A DNA stretch of 64,000 nucleotides from an uncultured Pseudomonadales bacterium (GTDB lineage Bacteria > Pseudomonadota > Gammaproteobacteria > Pseudomonadales > JANQJO01). A program made the position numbers and the translations under genes. The DNA is taken from assembly GCA_964510525.1 (NCBI GenBank), contig CAZECE010000042.1, positions 73,272 to 137,271 on the forward strand. Reading direction: 5' to 3'. Below the pieces are notes generated by a model that made no database searches, was not told the DNA's origin, and saw only the letters and a list, made by a program, of their open reading frames with translations. Below are positions 34,466-45,583 of the stretch, piece after piece (positions within the stretch are counted from its first letter, which is position 1; each line of letters opens with the position of its first letter).

Positions 34466-34515
34466 AAATTGAATATTTAGTGATTGTTAATAAGCGAATT
34501 TAATAAAATAGGAAA

Positions 34516-35229
34516 ATGATAATGAAATTTGGAAGTTTGATTCAAGGTGCTGTTTTCGCGGTTTCAAGTGTGTTTTTGACGGCTGCTAATGCGGCGATTA
34601 TGACCAAAGGTGCGGTCACCGATCTGGGTGGTGAATATGTGATTAGTAATTTGGGCGGTCGTGGCTCTGATTTGAGCTTGGATGCTTTCAGTGTTGAATC
34701 TATGTTGGGCATGGCTAGTGGGGAGTTGAGTACTTTTCGTGGTACGGCTTATGAAGGTTCTTTTATTTCCGGATCTTATGCTATTAATGCAGGTGATACG
34801 TTCAGTTTTGATTGGGATTGGGATGCTGATTCTGAGTTGGCGTATGCGTTAAGGCTGGCGGATCCTTACAGCTCTCCCTTTATGGATTTTGCGTTTTTGC
34901 AGCTAGAGGTTGATGGAACCCTTGTTGATGGCGGTGTTAAAGAGTTGGCGTATGCGTTGAGCGCTTATGACGCAAATCCAAGTGATCCTTTTGCTGCTTA
35001 TGCCGGTACCTACTCTTGGGTGGCGGACCGGTCGGGTGTGTTGAATTTTGGTGTTGGGGTCATGGATGTGGCTTCTGGTCCTTTGTCTCTTTATGGTTTT
35101 ATGGGGGATTCTTTGCTGACGGTGAGCAATATCGATGTTTCTGCTTTGCCAGTGCCTGAGCCTGGTATGTTGGCCCTGGTGTTGGTTGGTTTTGCGGGTC
35201 TTGGTTATTCGCGTCGGCGTCAGGCTTAG
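34516..35229 (+). CDS. PEP-CTERM sorting domain-containing secreted protein
   Basis: N-terminal signal peptide and C-terminal 'LPVPEPGMLALVLVGFAGLGYSRRRQA' (PEP motif + TM + basic tail). Confidence 0.85.
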   Translation: MIMKFGSLIQGAVFAVSSVFLTAANAAIMTKGAVTDLGGEYVISNLGGRGSDLSLDAFSVESMLGMASGELSTFRGTAYEGSFISGSYAINAGDTFSFDWDWDADSELAYALRLADPYSSPFMDFAFLQLEVDGTLVDGGVKELAYALSAYDANPSDPFAAYAGTYSWVADRSGVLNFGVGVMDVASGPLSLYGFMGDSLLTVSNIDVSALPVPEPGMLALVLVGFAGLGYSRRRQA

Positions 35230-35244
35230 TTTGAATTTTTAGGT

Positions 35245-35276
35245 TAGTCCGGTCTGTTTATAGTCCAGTCTGTTTA
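35245..35276. repeat. 16-bp tandem duplication ending on the alaA stop codon
   Basis: tagtccggtctgttta (35245-35260) and tagtccagtctgttta (35261-35276). The final tta is the complement of the alaA TAA. Confidence 0.8.
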
Positions 35277-36509
35277 ATTGGGGCGGTATTGTTGTAAAAA
35301 CCGCTCCATTCGTTTGCCGACCTCGATGAGGTCTTCCTTTCTTGGTAGAAATACCATTCTAAAATGTTGCTGGCCTTGGATGTTGAATGCGCTGCCAGGA
35401 ACGATGAGTAGCTTTTCTGAAATCAGTAATTCTAAAACAAAGTCTTCATCGGATTGTATGGGGTATAGCTTGGGGTCTAGCCTAAAAAAGACGTACATGG
35501 CGCCCTTGGGTTTGACGCAGCTTACTCCAGGAAGTTTGCAAAGGGCCGAATAAATTTGATCTCGTTGTTGGCAGAGGCGGCCAGTGGGGAGAACCAGGTC
35601 GTTGATGCTCTGATGGCCTCCCAGGGCGGTTTGTATTGCAAATTGGGCGGGGACATTTGAGCACAGTCGCATTGAGGATAATATGTTGAGTCCTTCAATC
35701 AGATCTTTGGCTTTTTGTTTGGGGCCGGTTAGCATCAACCAGCCGGAGCGGAAGCCGGCGCAGCGATAAGCTTTGGATAGACCGTTAAATGTGAATACCA
35801 TGAGGTCGTCGGTTAGGCTGGCGGTTGGTGTGTGGGTTGCGCCGTCGTAAAGGATCTTGTCGTAAATTTCGTCAGAGAAAATGATGAGCTGGTGTTTTCG
35901 GGCGATGTCTATCAGGGCGGTCAAAATATGAGGTGGGTAAAGAGCGCCTGTCGGGTTGTTGGGATTGATGATGACGAGTGCTTTGGTGTTTTGGGTGATT
36001 TTGCGTTCAATGTCTTCTAGGTCGGGCCACCAGTCTTTGGATTCATTGCAGTGGTAGTGGATTGGTTTGCCGCCAGCTAGGCTGGTGCTGGCAGTCCAAA
36101 GGGGGTAGTCCGGTGCTGGGATTAAGACTTCGTCGCCATTGTTGAGTGTTGCCTGGGTGGCCATCACGATAAGTTCCGAGACGCCGTTGCCTAAATAGAT
36201 GTCGTCGATTTGGATGCCGTGGATGTTTTTGGCTTGGTAGTGTTGCATGACGGCTTTTCTGGCCGGAAAAATGCCTTTTGAATCGCTGTACCCGGTGGCT
36301 TCTTTTAGGTTGTAAATGACGTCTTGTAGGATTTCTTCGGGTGGCAAAAAGCCAAATGGCTCAGGGTTGCCGATGTTGAGCTTAATGATCTGGGTGCCTT
36401 CTTCTTCAAGGCGTTTGGCCTCTTCCAGTACTTTGCCGCGAATGTCGTAGCAGACATTGTCTAATTTTTTGGATTTAACTAGCAGGTTTTTGTGGTTTTC
36501 TGAATTCAT
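35274..36509 (-). CDS. alaA: PLP-dependent aminotransferase, glutamate-pyruvate (AlaA-like)
   Basis: 'KLDNVCYDIRGKVLEEAKRLEEEGTQIIKLNIGNPEPFGF' closely parallels E. coli AlaA (YfbQ). The 'LSKAYRCAGFR' PLP-lysine region is present. Confidence 0.88.
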   Translation of the reverse strand: MNSENHKNLLVKSKKLDNVCYDIRGKVLEEAKRLEEEGTQIIKLNIGNPEPFGFLPPEEILQDVIYNLKEATGYSDSKGIFPARKAVMQHYQAKNIHGIQIDDIYLGNGVSELIVMATQATLNNGDEVLIPAPDYPLWTASTSLAGGKPIHYHCNESKDWWPDLEDIERKITQNTKALVIINPNNPTGALYPPHILTALIDIARKHQLIIFSDEIYDKILYDGATHTPTASLTDDLMVFTFNGLSKAYRCAGFRSGWLMLTGPKQKAKDLIEGLNILSSMRLCSNVPAQFAIQTALGGHQSINDLVLPTGRLCQQRDQIYSALCKLPGVSCVKPKGAMYVFFRLDPKLYPIQSDEDFVLELLISEKLLIVPGSAFNIQGQQHFRMVFLPRKEDLIEVGKRMERFLQQYRPN

Positions 36510-36602
36510 TGGATTGGCTGCTGAAAATGACGGTTTGAGGAGTGTTTTTTTTAGTATAGTTGTTGGTTAAGTATAGAGTGAGATGCCGGGCGTTGGCCAT
36601 GG

Positions 36603-37151
36603 TTGTGTGATAACATCCGGAAATTTACTGCGCTTATAAGGTGGTCAATGGTTTGTGTTGCTTGGTTTGGGTGTGGGGAGGTTGGTTTGAGTAATAGCGG
36701 TGGTCAAAAAAGTGGGCTTAAAAAAGCAGGTGAATCTGGAGCGGGTGATGGGGCGATTGCGAGTAAGATTAAAGCCTCTGCTAATCAAATCTGGTTGGCG
36801 GGTTTAGGTGCCTATGCTAAGGCGGAGCAAGAGGGTGGGCGTTGGTTTGAAGGCTTGGTTCGTGATGGTGAGCTGACGCGAGCTATTGTTGATAAGCAGT
36901 TGTTGCAGGCGAAGGAAAAGGTTGGTGAAGTCAGGGAGCGGGTTATTGGGGTGCGAGATCGCGCGGCCGATTCTTGGGAGCGAATTGAGCACGCCTTTGA
37001 TGAGCGTGTGGCGGGTGCTTTGGGGCGTCTTAATATCCCTAATAAGCATGATGTTGATGAGTTGGCTGGTCAGGTGGCGAAGCTGCAGGCTCGTGTGAAA
37101 AAGTTGGAGTCTCGAGTTGCGTCGGGTGTGGATGAAAAAGCGCGTCGTTAA
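36603..37151 (+). CDS. phasin family (PHA granule-associated) protein, start uncertain
   Basis: 'IWLAGLGAYAKAEQEGGRWFEGLVRDGE' is typical of the phasin family seen in Pseudomonas PhaF/PhaI N-terminal regions. The real start is probably downstream of 36603 (for example ATG 36648). Confidence 0.65.
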   Translation: MCDNIRKFTALIRWSMVCVAWFGCGEVGLSNSGGQKSGLKKAGESGAGDGAIASKIKASANQIWLAGLGAYAKAEQEGGRWFEGLVRDGELTRAIVDKQLLQAKEKVGEVRERVIGVRDRAADSWERIEHAFDERVAGALGRLNIPNKHDVDELAGQVAKLQARVKKLESRVASGVDEKARR

Positions 37152-37156
37152 TCTTG

Positions 37157-37714
37157 TCAGAGGATTTTGGTGGCGTGTGCCTCAAGAGTGAATAAAATCC
37201 AGTCTGTTTTGTTGGGTTGGCATTTTGGGTCGGCTAATTGGCTGAATAAAATGAAGGTGATTTGCTCGCAGAGGGTTTCAGCTTGTTTTAGCGATGAGAT
37301 GTTTAGAATGCCGTGGTTCTGGTAGCTTTCGATCAGCATTAGAAAGCTGTTTTTGCTCTGTTTTATTAATAATTGAAGTTTGCGTTCTAGGTGAGGGTTT
37401 TGCTGAGTTATGCTGTGGGCGTCACGGAAAATGAAGAGGTACTCTTTAATTAGGGATGAAATGCAGTCGATTTGTTTGGTCAGTTGAGCCCAATTCAGTA
37501 ATCCCAGTGCGATATCGTTAAGGGCGTTTTGGAGGGGGTGTTTGAGGTCTTCTAGTAAGCACTGGATGATGTCGTCTTTGTTTTTGAAGTAGTAGTAGAG
37601 GTTGCCAGGGCTGATGTCGAGAAGGCTGGCGATTTCAATGGTTGAGATGTTGGGTGCGCCATGGGCGTTAAACTCCAATAAGCTGGTATTTAATATCCGT
37701 TCCCGAGTGTTCAT
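37157..37714 (-). CDS. TetR/AcrR family transcriptional regulator
   Basis: N-terminal HTH 'FNAHGAPNISTIEIASLLDISPGNLYYYF'. Confidence 0.88.
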   Translation of the reverse strand: MNTRERILNTSLLEFNAHGAPNISTIEIASLLDISPGNLYYYFKNKDDIIQCLLEDLKHPLQNALNDIALGLLNWAQLTKQIDCISSLIKEYLFIFRDAHSITQQNPHLERKLQLLIKQSKNSFLMLIESYQNHGILNISSLKQAETLCEQITFILFSQLADPKCQPNKTDWILFTLEAHATKIL

Positions 37715-37835
37715 TGGGCTTGCCCCATCGCAGTTAAATCATAGATAATACGTCGCGCAAATGTTGATGTATATCATGGATCTGAGAGGCTTTTGATAAA
37801 TTGCCAATGTAGGAATGGATGCTATGGAGTTATCT

Positions 37836-37857
37836 TGTGGTAACTTTTTGTGGTAAC
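37836..37857. repeat. 13-bp tandem duplication upstream of gap
   Basis: tgtggtaac occurs at 37836-37844 and 37849-37857, about 45 nt upstream of the gap start, in the tetR-gap divergent region. Confidence 0.7.
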
Positions 37858-37899
37858 GATGGGTTCTTTTGATAAGTATATATAAAGGTAGTAACGATA

Positions 37900-39372
37900 A
37901 TGAGTGTGAGTAGTACGCAAAAACAGGCTTATTTCGAGCGTTGGCAAACCAGTGAAGCCTTAGCTGAAGCGATGATTCCTCTGATTGGTCAATTGTATCG
38001 AGAGCGTAATGTGGTCACTAATATTTACAGTCGGCCCATTGTGAATCGCTCGGTGATTTCGATTATCAAGCATCACAAATTTGCGCGGCAGCTACAGAAA
38101 GCAGAACTGAAAGTTACGGACACGTACCCTGTTTTAGAGGCATTAACAAAACTACCCTTGGCCCCTAGTCGAGTTGATATTGGAAAATTAGCGGTTAAAT
38201 ATCAGCGCTTTGGTGAAGGCAAAACGGTTGAAGAATTTGTCAAAACTGAAGTATCTGAAGCTTTGGAAGGTGGCGATGCACCGAATTTCGTCTCTCAACC
38301 CATTGTGCTTTATGGGTTTGGTCGAATTGGACGTTTATTGGCGAGAATTTTGATTGAAAAAACAGGTGGTGGCGCTGGATTACGCTTGAAAGCTATCGTT
38401 GTGCGTAAAAAAGACGATATGGATTTGTTTAAGCGAGCCAGTTTGTTACGCCGTGATTCCGTTCATGGCAGCTTTGAAGGTACGATCAGTGTTGATGAAG
38501 AAAATAATGGTTTGATTGCCAATGGTAATTTTATTCAAGTGATCTACGCCAACAGCCCCGCAGAGATTGATTACACGGCCTATGGTATTGATAACGCCAT
38601 TATTGTTGATAATACGGGCAAATGGCGTGACCGTGAAGGGCTCGGTCAGCACTTGGATTGTCCTGGTGCGAGTCAGGTGGTCTTAACGGCGCCAGGTAAA
38701 GGGGATATCAAAAATATTGTTTACGGTGTTAATGAAGGGTTAATCGACGGTGAAGACCGTATTTTGTCGGCGGCTAGTTGTACGACTAATGCGATTGTGC
38801 CTGTGTTGAAAGTCGTTAATGAGCTGTACGGTATTGAAGCGGGTCACGTTGAAACGGTTCATTCTTACACAAATGATCAGAATCTGATTGATAATTTTCA
38901 CAGTGGTAATAGACGTGGTCGTAGTGCGCCGCTCAATATGGTGATTACCGAGACAGGTGCCGCTAAAGCAGCTGTCAAGGCGTTGCCTGAATTAGCAGGT
39001 AAGCTGACAGGGAACGCGATTCGTGTGCCGACGCCCAATGTTTCTTTGGCTATTTTAAGTTTGACTCTGGATAAGTCGGTTGGCAAAGAGCAAGTTAACG
39101 AAGCTTTAAGGGAAGTTTCTTTGGATTCCCCCTTGCGTAAACAGATTGACTACGTAAACTCTCCGGAAGTGGTTTCTTCTGACTTTGTTGGGTCTCGGAG
39201 AGCCAGTATTGTTGATGCTCAGTCGACTGTTGCCAATGGTCGTCATTGTGTTTTGTATATTTGGTATGACAACGAATTTGGTTACAGTTGCCAAGTGATT
39301 CGTTTGTTGCAAAAACTGTCTGGTATTACATATCCTGCCTTTCCGAAGGATATGTCTGCAGTTGCTGTTTAA
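37900..39372 (+). CDS. gap: glyceraldehyde-3-phosphate dehydrogenase, long form (~490 aa)
   Basis: 'LYGFGRIGR' and 'ASCTTNAIVPVLK' (catalytic Cys), with a ~130-aa N-terminal extension as in the Pseudomonas long GAPDH located next to nqr. Confidence 0.9.
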   Translation: MSVSSTQKQAYFERWQTSEALAEAMIPLIGQLYRERNVVTNIYSRPIVNRSVISIIKHHKFARQLQKAELKVTDTYPVLEALTKLPLAPSRVDIGKLAVKYQRFGEGKTVEEFVKTEVSEALEGGDAPNFVSQPIVLYGFGRIGRLLARILIEKTGGGAGLRLKAIVVRKKDDMDLFKRASLLRRDSVHGSFEGTISVDEENNGLIANGNFIQVIYANSPAEIDYTAYGIDNAIIVDNTGKWRDREGLGQHLDCPGASQVVLTAPGKGDIKNIVYGVNEGLIDGEDRILSAASCTTNAIVPVLKVVNELYGIEAGHVETVHSYTNDQNLIDNFHSGNRRGRSAPLNMVITETGAAKAAVKALPELAGKLTGNAIRVPTPNVSLAILSLTLDKSVGKEQVNEALREVSLDSPLRKQIDYVNSPEVVSSDFVGSRRASIVDAQSTVANGRHCVLYIWYDNEFGYSCQVIRLLQKLSGITYPAFPKDMSAVAV

Positions 39373-39483
39373 AAATAGCTTTTCCGTTGTTTTTGTAATA
39401 GAGAAAGCCCCCTTGCGTTAAGTCTTCCAGGGGTGAATGGTAAGGGTTTGGTTTTAATCGCGTAGTTAACTTTAGGTGAATGT

Positions 39484-40860
39484 ATGACATCGACCCCAGC
39501 TCAGGCGCGTGGCAGTGAGGTGGTTGCCTCTTTTAAGCTTAAAAAAGGTCTTGATATCCCCATCAGTGGGGCCCCCAAGCAAACCATAGAATCGGCGCTG
39601 CCTGTTAAAAAGGTGGCTGTTCTGGGTTGTGATTTTTTTGGCTTGAAGCCCACAATGAAAATCGCTGAAGGCGATCGAGTGGTGGCCGGCCAAGTGCTTT
39701 TCGAAGATAAGAAAAACCCAGGTGTTGTTTTTACAGCGCCGGCCAGTGGCACTTGCGTTGAAATAAATCGTGGTCACAAACGTGTACTGCAATCGGTGGT
39801 TATAGAGAAAGAGGGTTCTGAGTGTCAGGATTTTGAGTCCTACCTTAAAAAATCGGCAGCGGATTACACGGCAGAGGAGGTGAGGGCCTTTTTATTAGAG
39901 TCAGGTGCTTGGATAGGGTTTCGAACTCGCCCTTACAGTAAAGTGCCGGCTGTTAATGCCAGCCCAGAACGTATTTTTGTGTCCGCCATGGATACCAATC
40001 CATTAGCTCCCCGGGCAGATTTGGTTATTGAGCAATACCCTGATTCTTTTAAAGAGGGGTTAGAAGCGATTTCAAAATTGGCGCCGGTGTTTCTATGTCA
40101 AACCCCGGGAGATTCTGTCCCCTCGGTTGATGGGGTTTCAGTGGCTGAGTTTTCTGGCCCTCATCCTGCCGGTTTGCCGGGTACTCACATGCATTTTTTA
40201 TCGCCGGTATCTTCTCAACGTACCCATTGGACCCTGGGTTATCAAGATGTCATTGCTATTGGGTATTTGTTTAAAACGGGACAGCCTTGGCTTGAGCGGA
40301 TTGTTTCTTTGGCCGGTCCTCAAGTCAAAAAACCTCGTTTAATGCAGGTGCCTTTGGGGGCTTCGATTCAAGAGTTGACGGCTAATGAGCTGGAGACTGG
40401 GGAGTCTCGTATTATTTCGGGTTCGATTTTGTCAGGGCGAAAGTCGTTTGGGCCGTTTGCTTATTTGGGGTATTACCACGTACAGGTCTCGGTTTTGCGG
40501 GAAGGTACTGAGCGAGGTTTGTTTGAATACCTTTGGGCTGGAAAAAATAAGCATTCTGTTCTGGGGGTTTTTCTTTCCAAGCTCAACCCAAAGTTAAGTT
40601 TGCCTCTTACCACAAGTACGCAGGGCAGTGAGCGTGCTATGGTGCCGGTTGGCTCGTATGAAAAAGTCGTGCCCTTGGATGTTCTGCCTACCCAATTACT
40701 GCGTGCTTTGATTGTAGGGGATTTGGAGTCGGCTGAAGCTCTGGGGAGTTTGGAATTGGATGAGGAAGACCTCAGCTTGTGTACTTATGTTTGCCCTGGC
40801 AAATACGAATATGGCCCGATGTTACGCAGTCATCTTGAGGAAATGGAAAGAGAAGGTTGA
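39484..40860 (+). CDS. nqrA: Na+-translocating NADH:quinone oxidoreductase subunit A
   Basis: '[14 protein letters not shown]', first gene of the six-gene nqr operon. Confidence 0.95.
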   Translation: MTSTPAQARGSEVVASFKLKKGLDIPISGAPKQTIESALPVKKVAVLGCDFFGLKPTMKIAEGDRVVAGQVLFEDKKNPGVVFTAPASGTCVEINRGHKRVLQSVVIEKEGSECQDFESYLKKSAADYTAEEVRAFLLESGAWIGFRTRPYSKVPAVNASPERIFVSAMDTNPLAPRADLVIEQYPDSFKEGLEAISKLAPVFLCQTPGDSVPSVDGVSVAEFSGPHPAGLPGTHMHFLSPVSSQRTHWTLGYQDVIAIGYLFKTGQPWLERIVSLAGPQVKKPRLMQVPLGASIQELTANELETGESRIISGSILSGRKSFGPFAYLGYYHVQVSVLREGTERGLFEYLWAGKNKHSVLGVFLSKLNPKLSLPLTTSTQGSERAMVPVGSYEKVVPLDVLPTQLLRALIVGDLESAEALGSLELDEEDLSLCTYVCPGKYEYGPMLRSHLEEMEREG

Positions 40861-40890
40861 TATTAAAAACTCAGTCATTGTGGGAATAAA

Positions 40891-42117
40891 ATGGGATTAA
40901 GAGCATTTTTAGATAAAATTGAACCGGATTTTCATAAAGGAGGGCGTTATGAAAATTGGTATGCCCTATATGAAGCTGTAGATACGTTTTTTTATAGCCC
41001 GCCGAGTGTCACGCGCGCTGGTTCGCATGTTCGCGATGGTATAGACCTAAAACGAATCATGATAACCGTTTGGGTGGCAACCTTCCCAGCCATGTTTTTT
41101 GGTATGTATAACCTGGGTTGGCAAGCCAATCATGCGATTCATTCTGCGGGTTTAACCCAGCAGCCGCTTGAAGTATTGATTGGCTGGCAAGGCTGGCTAT
41201 TGAGTTTGCTCGGTATTACTGAGCTGGGTGGTTTGTGGTCTAACTTTATTTTTGGAGCCTTACATTTTCTGCCCATTTATATGGTGACGTTTATCGTGGG
41301 CGGTTTTTGGGAAGTCTTATTTGCGATGAAACGGGGTCATGAAGTCAATGAAGGCTTTTTTGTTACCTCAGTTTTGTTTGCTTTGATATGTCCACCTGAC
41401 TTGCCGCTTTGGCAGGTGGCGTTGGGTATTAGCTTTGGTGTGGTGATTGGTAAAGAAGTTTTTGGTGGTACCGGTAAAAACTTTTTAAATCCGGCGTTAA
41501 CGGGGCGCGCTTTTTTGTATTTTGCATACCCGGCCTCTTTGTCTGGGGATGCGGTTTGGGTCGCCATTGATGGTTATTCCGGGGCGACGGCTTTATCTCT
41601 TGCCGCCAGTGGTGGCTTGGAGGCTATTCAAGCCAGTGGTATTACCTGGACTCAAGCGTTTTTGGGGCAGATCCCTGGCTCCATTGGTGAAACATCAACG
41701 CTGATGATATTGATTGGGGGTGTGATTATTTTAGGGATGCAGATCGCTTCGTGGCGTATCGTGGCAGGGGTGATGCTGGGCATGGTGGCTATGAGCACTT
41801 TGCTGAATGTCATTGGCAGTGATACTAACCCTATGTTTTCGTTACCTTGGTATTGGCACCTGGTATTAGGTGGCTTTGCTTTTGGTATGATTTTTATGGC
41901 AACGGACCCTGTGTCTGCGGCTATGACGCACACCAGTCGTTGGTTATTCGGTATTTTAATTGGGGTTATGACGGTGCTAATACGTGTGGTTAACCCCGCA
42001 TTCCCAGAAGGTATTATGCTGGCTATTTTGTTTGCTAATTTGTTTGCCCCTATATTGGATTACTTTGTTGTTCAGGCCAACATCAAGCGTAGGAGGATGC
42101 GTTATGTCCAGTCATGA
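40891..42117 (+). CDS. nqrB: Na+-NQR subunit B
   Basis: '[26 protein letters not shown]', polytopic, and 'GYSGATAL' FMN-attachment region. Confidence 0.96.
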   Translation: MGLRAFLDKIEPDFHKGGRYENWYALYEAVDTFFYSPPSVTRAGSHVRDGIDLKRIMITVWVATFPAMFFGMYNLGWQANHAIHSAGLTQQPLEVLIGWQGWLLSLLGITELGGLWSNFIFGALHFLPIYMVTFIVGGFWEVLFAMKRGHEVNEGFFVTSVLFALICPPDLPLWQVALGISFGVVIGKEVFGGTGKNFLNPALTGRAFLYFAYPASLSGDAVWVAIDGYSGATALSLAASGGLEAIQASGITWTQAFLGQIPGSIGETSTLMILIGGVIILGMQIASWRIVAGVMLGMVAMSTLLNVIGSDTNPMFSLPWYWHLVLGGFAFGMIFMATDPVSAAMTHTSRWLFGILIGVMTVLIRVVNPAFPEGIMLAILFANLFAPILDYFVVQANIKRRRMRYVQS

Positions 42118-42895
42118 AAGTCCGCAACGCACGTTAATTGTCGCTTGTGTCCTCTGTATTGTGTGCTCGATTATTGTCTCTGGGACAGCTGTCGCTCTAA
42201 AAGATCTTCAGCAAGAAAACAAGCTGCTCGATAAAAAACGCAATATTTTAGTGGCGGCCGGTTTATTGGCAGAACAAGAGACGGCTGGCCCTGATCACCT
42301 AAAACGTTTGTTTGAAAATATTGAGGTTAGGCAAGTTGAGTTAAGCAGTGGTCAGTATGTAACTGATGTACCATCAGGCTATGACCACCTCAAAGCATCA
42401 AAAGAGCCGGATCAAAGTCGCGGACTCACTTCGGCTGAGGATCTTGCCGGAATTAAGCGTCTTGAAGTTATTGGCACGGTTTATTTGACGAAAGATGCAT
42501 CGGGAGCATTTTCTCGGGTTATTTTGCCGGTACGAGGGTATGGTCTGTGGTCTACTTTGTATGGCTTTTTGGCTTTAGAGGCGGATCTTAAAACGGTTGC
42601 GGCCCTCAGTTTTTACCAGCATGCTGAAACCCCTGGGTTGGGTGGGGAAGTCGATAACCCAGGTTGGAAAGCGCATTGGGCTGGTAAGTTAGTGTTCAAT
42701 GAGCAAGATCAGCCAAGCATTAAGCTCCACAAAGGTAAGGTTACGCCAGCAGTGACAGGTCATGAGTACAAATTTGATTCTTTGGCTGGCGCTACCTTGA
42801 CGAGTCAGGGTGTGGAGAATTTGTTGCGCTTTTGGGTTGGTGATTTGGGTTACGGGCCATACTTAAAGCAATTGAAAAGTAACAGTGACGCATAG
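42104..42895 (+). CDS. nqrC: Na+-NQR subunit C
   Basis: Start placed at ATG 42104 after an AGGAGG RBS, in frame with track ORF 41984. '[12 protein letters not shown]' is the FMN-binding threonine motif. Confidence 0.93.
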   Translation: MSSHESPQRTLIVACVLCIVCSIIVSGTAVALKDLQQENKLLDKKRNILVAAGLLAEQETAGPDHLKRLFENIEVRQVELSSGQYVTDVPSGYDHLKASKEPDQSRGLTSAEDLAGIKRLEVIGTVYLTKDASGAFSRVILPVRGYGLWSTLYGFLALEADLKTVAALSFYQHAETPGLGGEVDNPGWKAHWAGKLVFNEQDQPSIKLHKGKVTPAVTGHEYKFDSLAGATLTSQGVENLLRFWVGDLGYGPYLKQLKSNSDA

Positions 42896-42950
42896 TTTTA
42901 TAAATAGTTCTATATCTCTGCGTGTTTAAGGAAATCTAAGGAATTTTGGT

Positions 42951-43622
42951 ATGAGTGATGATCAAGTAAGCAATAAAAGCATCGTCCTAGACCCTATTTT
43001 TGATAATAACCCCATCGCGTTGCAGATTTTGGGAATTTGCTCGGCTTTGGCTGTCACCAGTAACCTCAATACAACCGTGACCATGTGTATTGCATTGACG
43101 GTCGTTGTGGCGTTTTCAAATTTGTTCATCAGTATGATTCGCAACTTTATTCCTTCCAGTATTCGAATCATTGTTCAGATGACGATCATTGCTTCCCTGG
43201 TGATTGTTGTTGACCAGTTTATTAAAGCTTTTGCTTACGATATCAGTAAACAGCTGTCGGTTTTTGTGGGGTTGATCATCACCAACTGTATTGTAATGGG
43301 GCGCGCAGAAGCCTTTGCGATGAAAAATCCTCCTGGCGTCAGCTTCTTGGATGGAATTGGCAATGGGTTGGGTTACAGCGTGATTTTGCTGGGGCTTGGT
43401 GTAGTGCGAGAGCTGCTTGGTTCGGGCAAATTGTTTGGTATTGAAATCTTGCCGCTGGTTACAGAGGGCGGCTGGTATGTTCCGAATGGCATGTTGTTAT
43501 TACCTCCCAGTGCCTTCTTTTTAATTGGTGGAATGATTTGGGGTATTCGTACTTGGAAGACAGTCCAGGTAGAAAAAAGTGAATTTAAGATTCAATCACA
43601 CACCGTTTCTTCATCCTTCTAA
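42951..43622 (+). CDS. nqrD: Na+-NQR subunit D
   Basis: Polytopic RnfE/NqrD family, '[17 protein letters not shown]'. Confidence 0.95.
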   Translation: MSDDQVSNKSIVLDPIFDNNPIALQILGICSALAVTSNLNTTVTMCIALTVVVAFSNLFISMIRNFIPSSIRIIVQMTIIASLVIVVDQFIKAFAYDISKQLSVFVGLIITNCIVMGRAEAFAMKNPPGVSFLDGIGNGLGYSVILLGLGVVRELLGSGKLFGIEILPLVTEGGWYVPNGMLLLPPSAFFLIGGMIWGIRTWKTVQVEKSEFKIQSHTVSSSF

Positions 43623-43662
43623 TTACGGCGTTTTTAACCTGATCTTGTATTGAGAATCGAAC

Positions 43663-44274
43663 ATGTTAGAGCACTATTTAAGTTTGTTTGTCCGTTCCGT
43701 CTTTGTAGAAAACATGGCTTTGAGTTTTTTCTTAGGCATGTGCACGTTCATTGCGGTTTCGAAAAAAATTAAAACCGCTATTGGTTTGGGTGTTGCAGTG
43801 ATTGTGGTGATGACCATTACAGTGCCTGTGAATCAGCTGATTTACAATCAGCTGTTGCGTGAGGGGGCGCTTGGTTGGCTGGGTTTTCAAGAAGTAGATT
43901 TAAGCTTTTTGGGGTTGCTCAGTTATATTGGTGTGATCGCCGCTATGGTGCAGATTTTGGAGATGGCACTGGATAAATACATGCCGGCACTTTATAACGC
44001 GCTGGGCGTTTTCTTGCCCTTGATTACTGTAAATTGCGCCATCTTGGGTGGTTCTTTATTTATGATTGAGCGCGATTACCAGTTCTCTGAAAGTTTGGTT
44101 TTTGGTTTTGGTTCAGGGTTTGGTTGGGCGCTGGCTATTGTGGTACTAGCTGGGATTCGGGAAAAGCTGAAATACAGTGATGTCCCTGATGGGCTTCAAG
44201 GGCTTGGGATTACTTTTATTACAGTAGGGTTAATGTCTTTGGGCTTTATGTCGTTTTCGGGTATTTCTCTCTAA
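43663..44274 (+). CDS. nqrE: Na+-NQR subunit E
   Basis: RnfA/NqrE family, '[15 protein letters not shown]' and '[10 protein letters not shown]'. Confidence 0.95.
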   Translation: MLEHYLSLFVRSVFVENMALSFFLGMCTFIAVSKKIKTAIGLGVAVIVVMTITVPVNQLIYNQLLREGALGWLGFQEVDLSFLGLLSYIGVIAAMVQILEMALDKYMPALYNALGVFLPLITVNCAILGGSLFMIERDYQFSESLVFGFGSGFGWALAIVVLAGIREKLKYSDVPDGLQGLGITFITVGLMSLGFMSFSGISL

Positions 44275-44353
44275 GTTTTCGCGGTGTTTCTTTGTTGTTT
44301 GTGGCTGTTCGTGGTTTTGTTGAATTGATATTGATAGGGGTTAAGGGGTCGTT

Positions 44354-45583
44354 ATGGATCTAACCGTCCTTTTGGGTGTGGCCATGTTCACGGTGGTGGT
44401 GATGGCGCTCGTTGGTGTGATATTGGCGGCGCGTTCGCAGCTGGTGAGTACAGGTAATGTGCATATTGATATAAACCATGATCCCGAGAAGGCGGTGAAT
44501 GTCCCCGCAGGTGGTAAGTTATTGACTGCTTTGGCCGATGAGAAAATTTTTGTGTCTTCGGCTTGCGGCGGTGGCGGCACATGCGGGCAATGTAAGGTAT
44601 TGGTTAAAAATGGTGGTGGGGATATTTTGCCGACCGAAGAGGGCCATTTTACTCGCAGCCAAATTAAAGAAGGGTGGCGTTTATCTTGCCAGGTGGCTGT
44701 TAAGCAAGACATGGATATCGAGTTGGATGAATCCTTCTTTGGTGTTAAACGTTGGGAATGTGAAGTGGTTTCCAATCACAATGTGGCGACCTTTATCAAA
44801 GAGTTGGTTTTAAAACTGCCTGATAATGAAGTGGTGGATTTTAGAGCGGGTGGGTATGTCCAAGTTGAGGCACCTGCTTATAAGCTCGATTATAAAACCT
44901 TTCATATTGAAGAAGAGTATCGCGGGGATTGGGAGCGGTTTAAGTTTTTTGACCTTAATGCTGAAGCAAAAGAGCAGGTTATTCGTGCCTACTCGATGGC
45001 CAACTACCCGGAAGAAAAAGGGGTATTAAAGTTTAATATACGAATAGCAACACCGCCTCCGGGTACCCAAGGCATTCCAGCCGGACTCATGTCTTCTTAT
45101 GTGTTTAATTTAAAGCCGGGCGATAAGATGACGGTGTTTGGTCCCTTTGGTGAGTTCTTTGCTAAAGAAACAGAAGCGGAAATGGTGTTTATTGGTGGTG
45201 GTGCTGGAATGGCTCCGATGCGGTCGCACATTTTTGATCAGTTAAAGCGCCTTAAATCCAAACGTAAGATCAGCTTTTGGTATGGCGCAAGAAGTTTGCG
45301 TGAAATGTTTTATGTCGAAGATTTTGATGGTCTTGCTAAAGATAATGAGAACTTCGAATGGCATGTTGCGTTATCGGACCCTCAGCCCGAAGATAACTGG
45401 ACAGGGTACACCGGCTTTATTCATCAGGTTTTGTTGGAGCAGTACTTAAAAGACCACCCAGCTCCTGAAGATTGTGAATTTTATATGTGTGGCCCACCAA
45501 TGATGAACGCTGCATGCATCAATATGCTGGAAGATTTAGGCGTTGAGCGGGATAACATCCTTCTTGATGACTTCGGCGGGTGA
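44354..45583 (+). CDS. nqrF: Na+-NQR subunit F
   Basis: N-terminal TM, 2Fe-2S motif '[12 protein letters not shown]', and FAD/NADH-binding 'RAYSMANY' and '[11 protein letters not shown]'. Confidence 0.96.
   Translation: MDLTVLLGVAMFTVVVMALVGVILAARSQLVSTGNVHIDINHDPEKAVNVPAGGKLLTALADEKIFVSSACGGGGTCGQCKVLVKNGGGDILPTEEGHFTRSQIKEGWRLSCQVAVKQDMDIELDESFFGVKRWECEVVSNHNVATFIKELVLKLPDNEVVDFRAGGYVQVEAPAYKLDYKTFHIEEEYRGDWERFKFFDLNAEAKEQVIRAYSMANYPEEKGVLKFNIRIATPPPGTQGIPAGLMSSYVFNLKPGDKMTVFGPFGEFFAKETEAEMVFIGGGAGMAPMRSHIFDQLKRLKSKRKISFWYGARSLREMFYVEDFDGLAKDNENFEWHVALSDPQPEDNWTGYTGFIHQVLLEQYLKDHPAPEDCEFYMCGPPMMNAACINMLEDLGVERDNILLDDFGG

Noticed and set aside
41984-42103. A 40-codon upstream extension of the nqrC ORF overlapping the end of nqrB.
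   Set aside because: An AGGAGG RBS precedes ATG 42104, and NqrC homology (TM helix, then the FMN motif) starts there. The extension is nqrB read in another frame.
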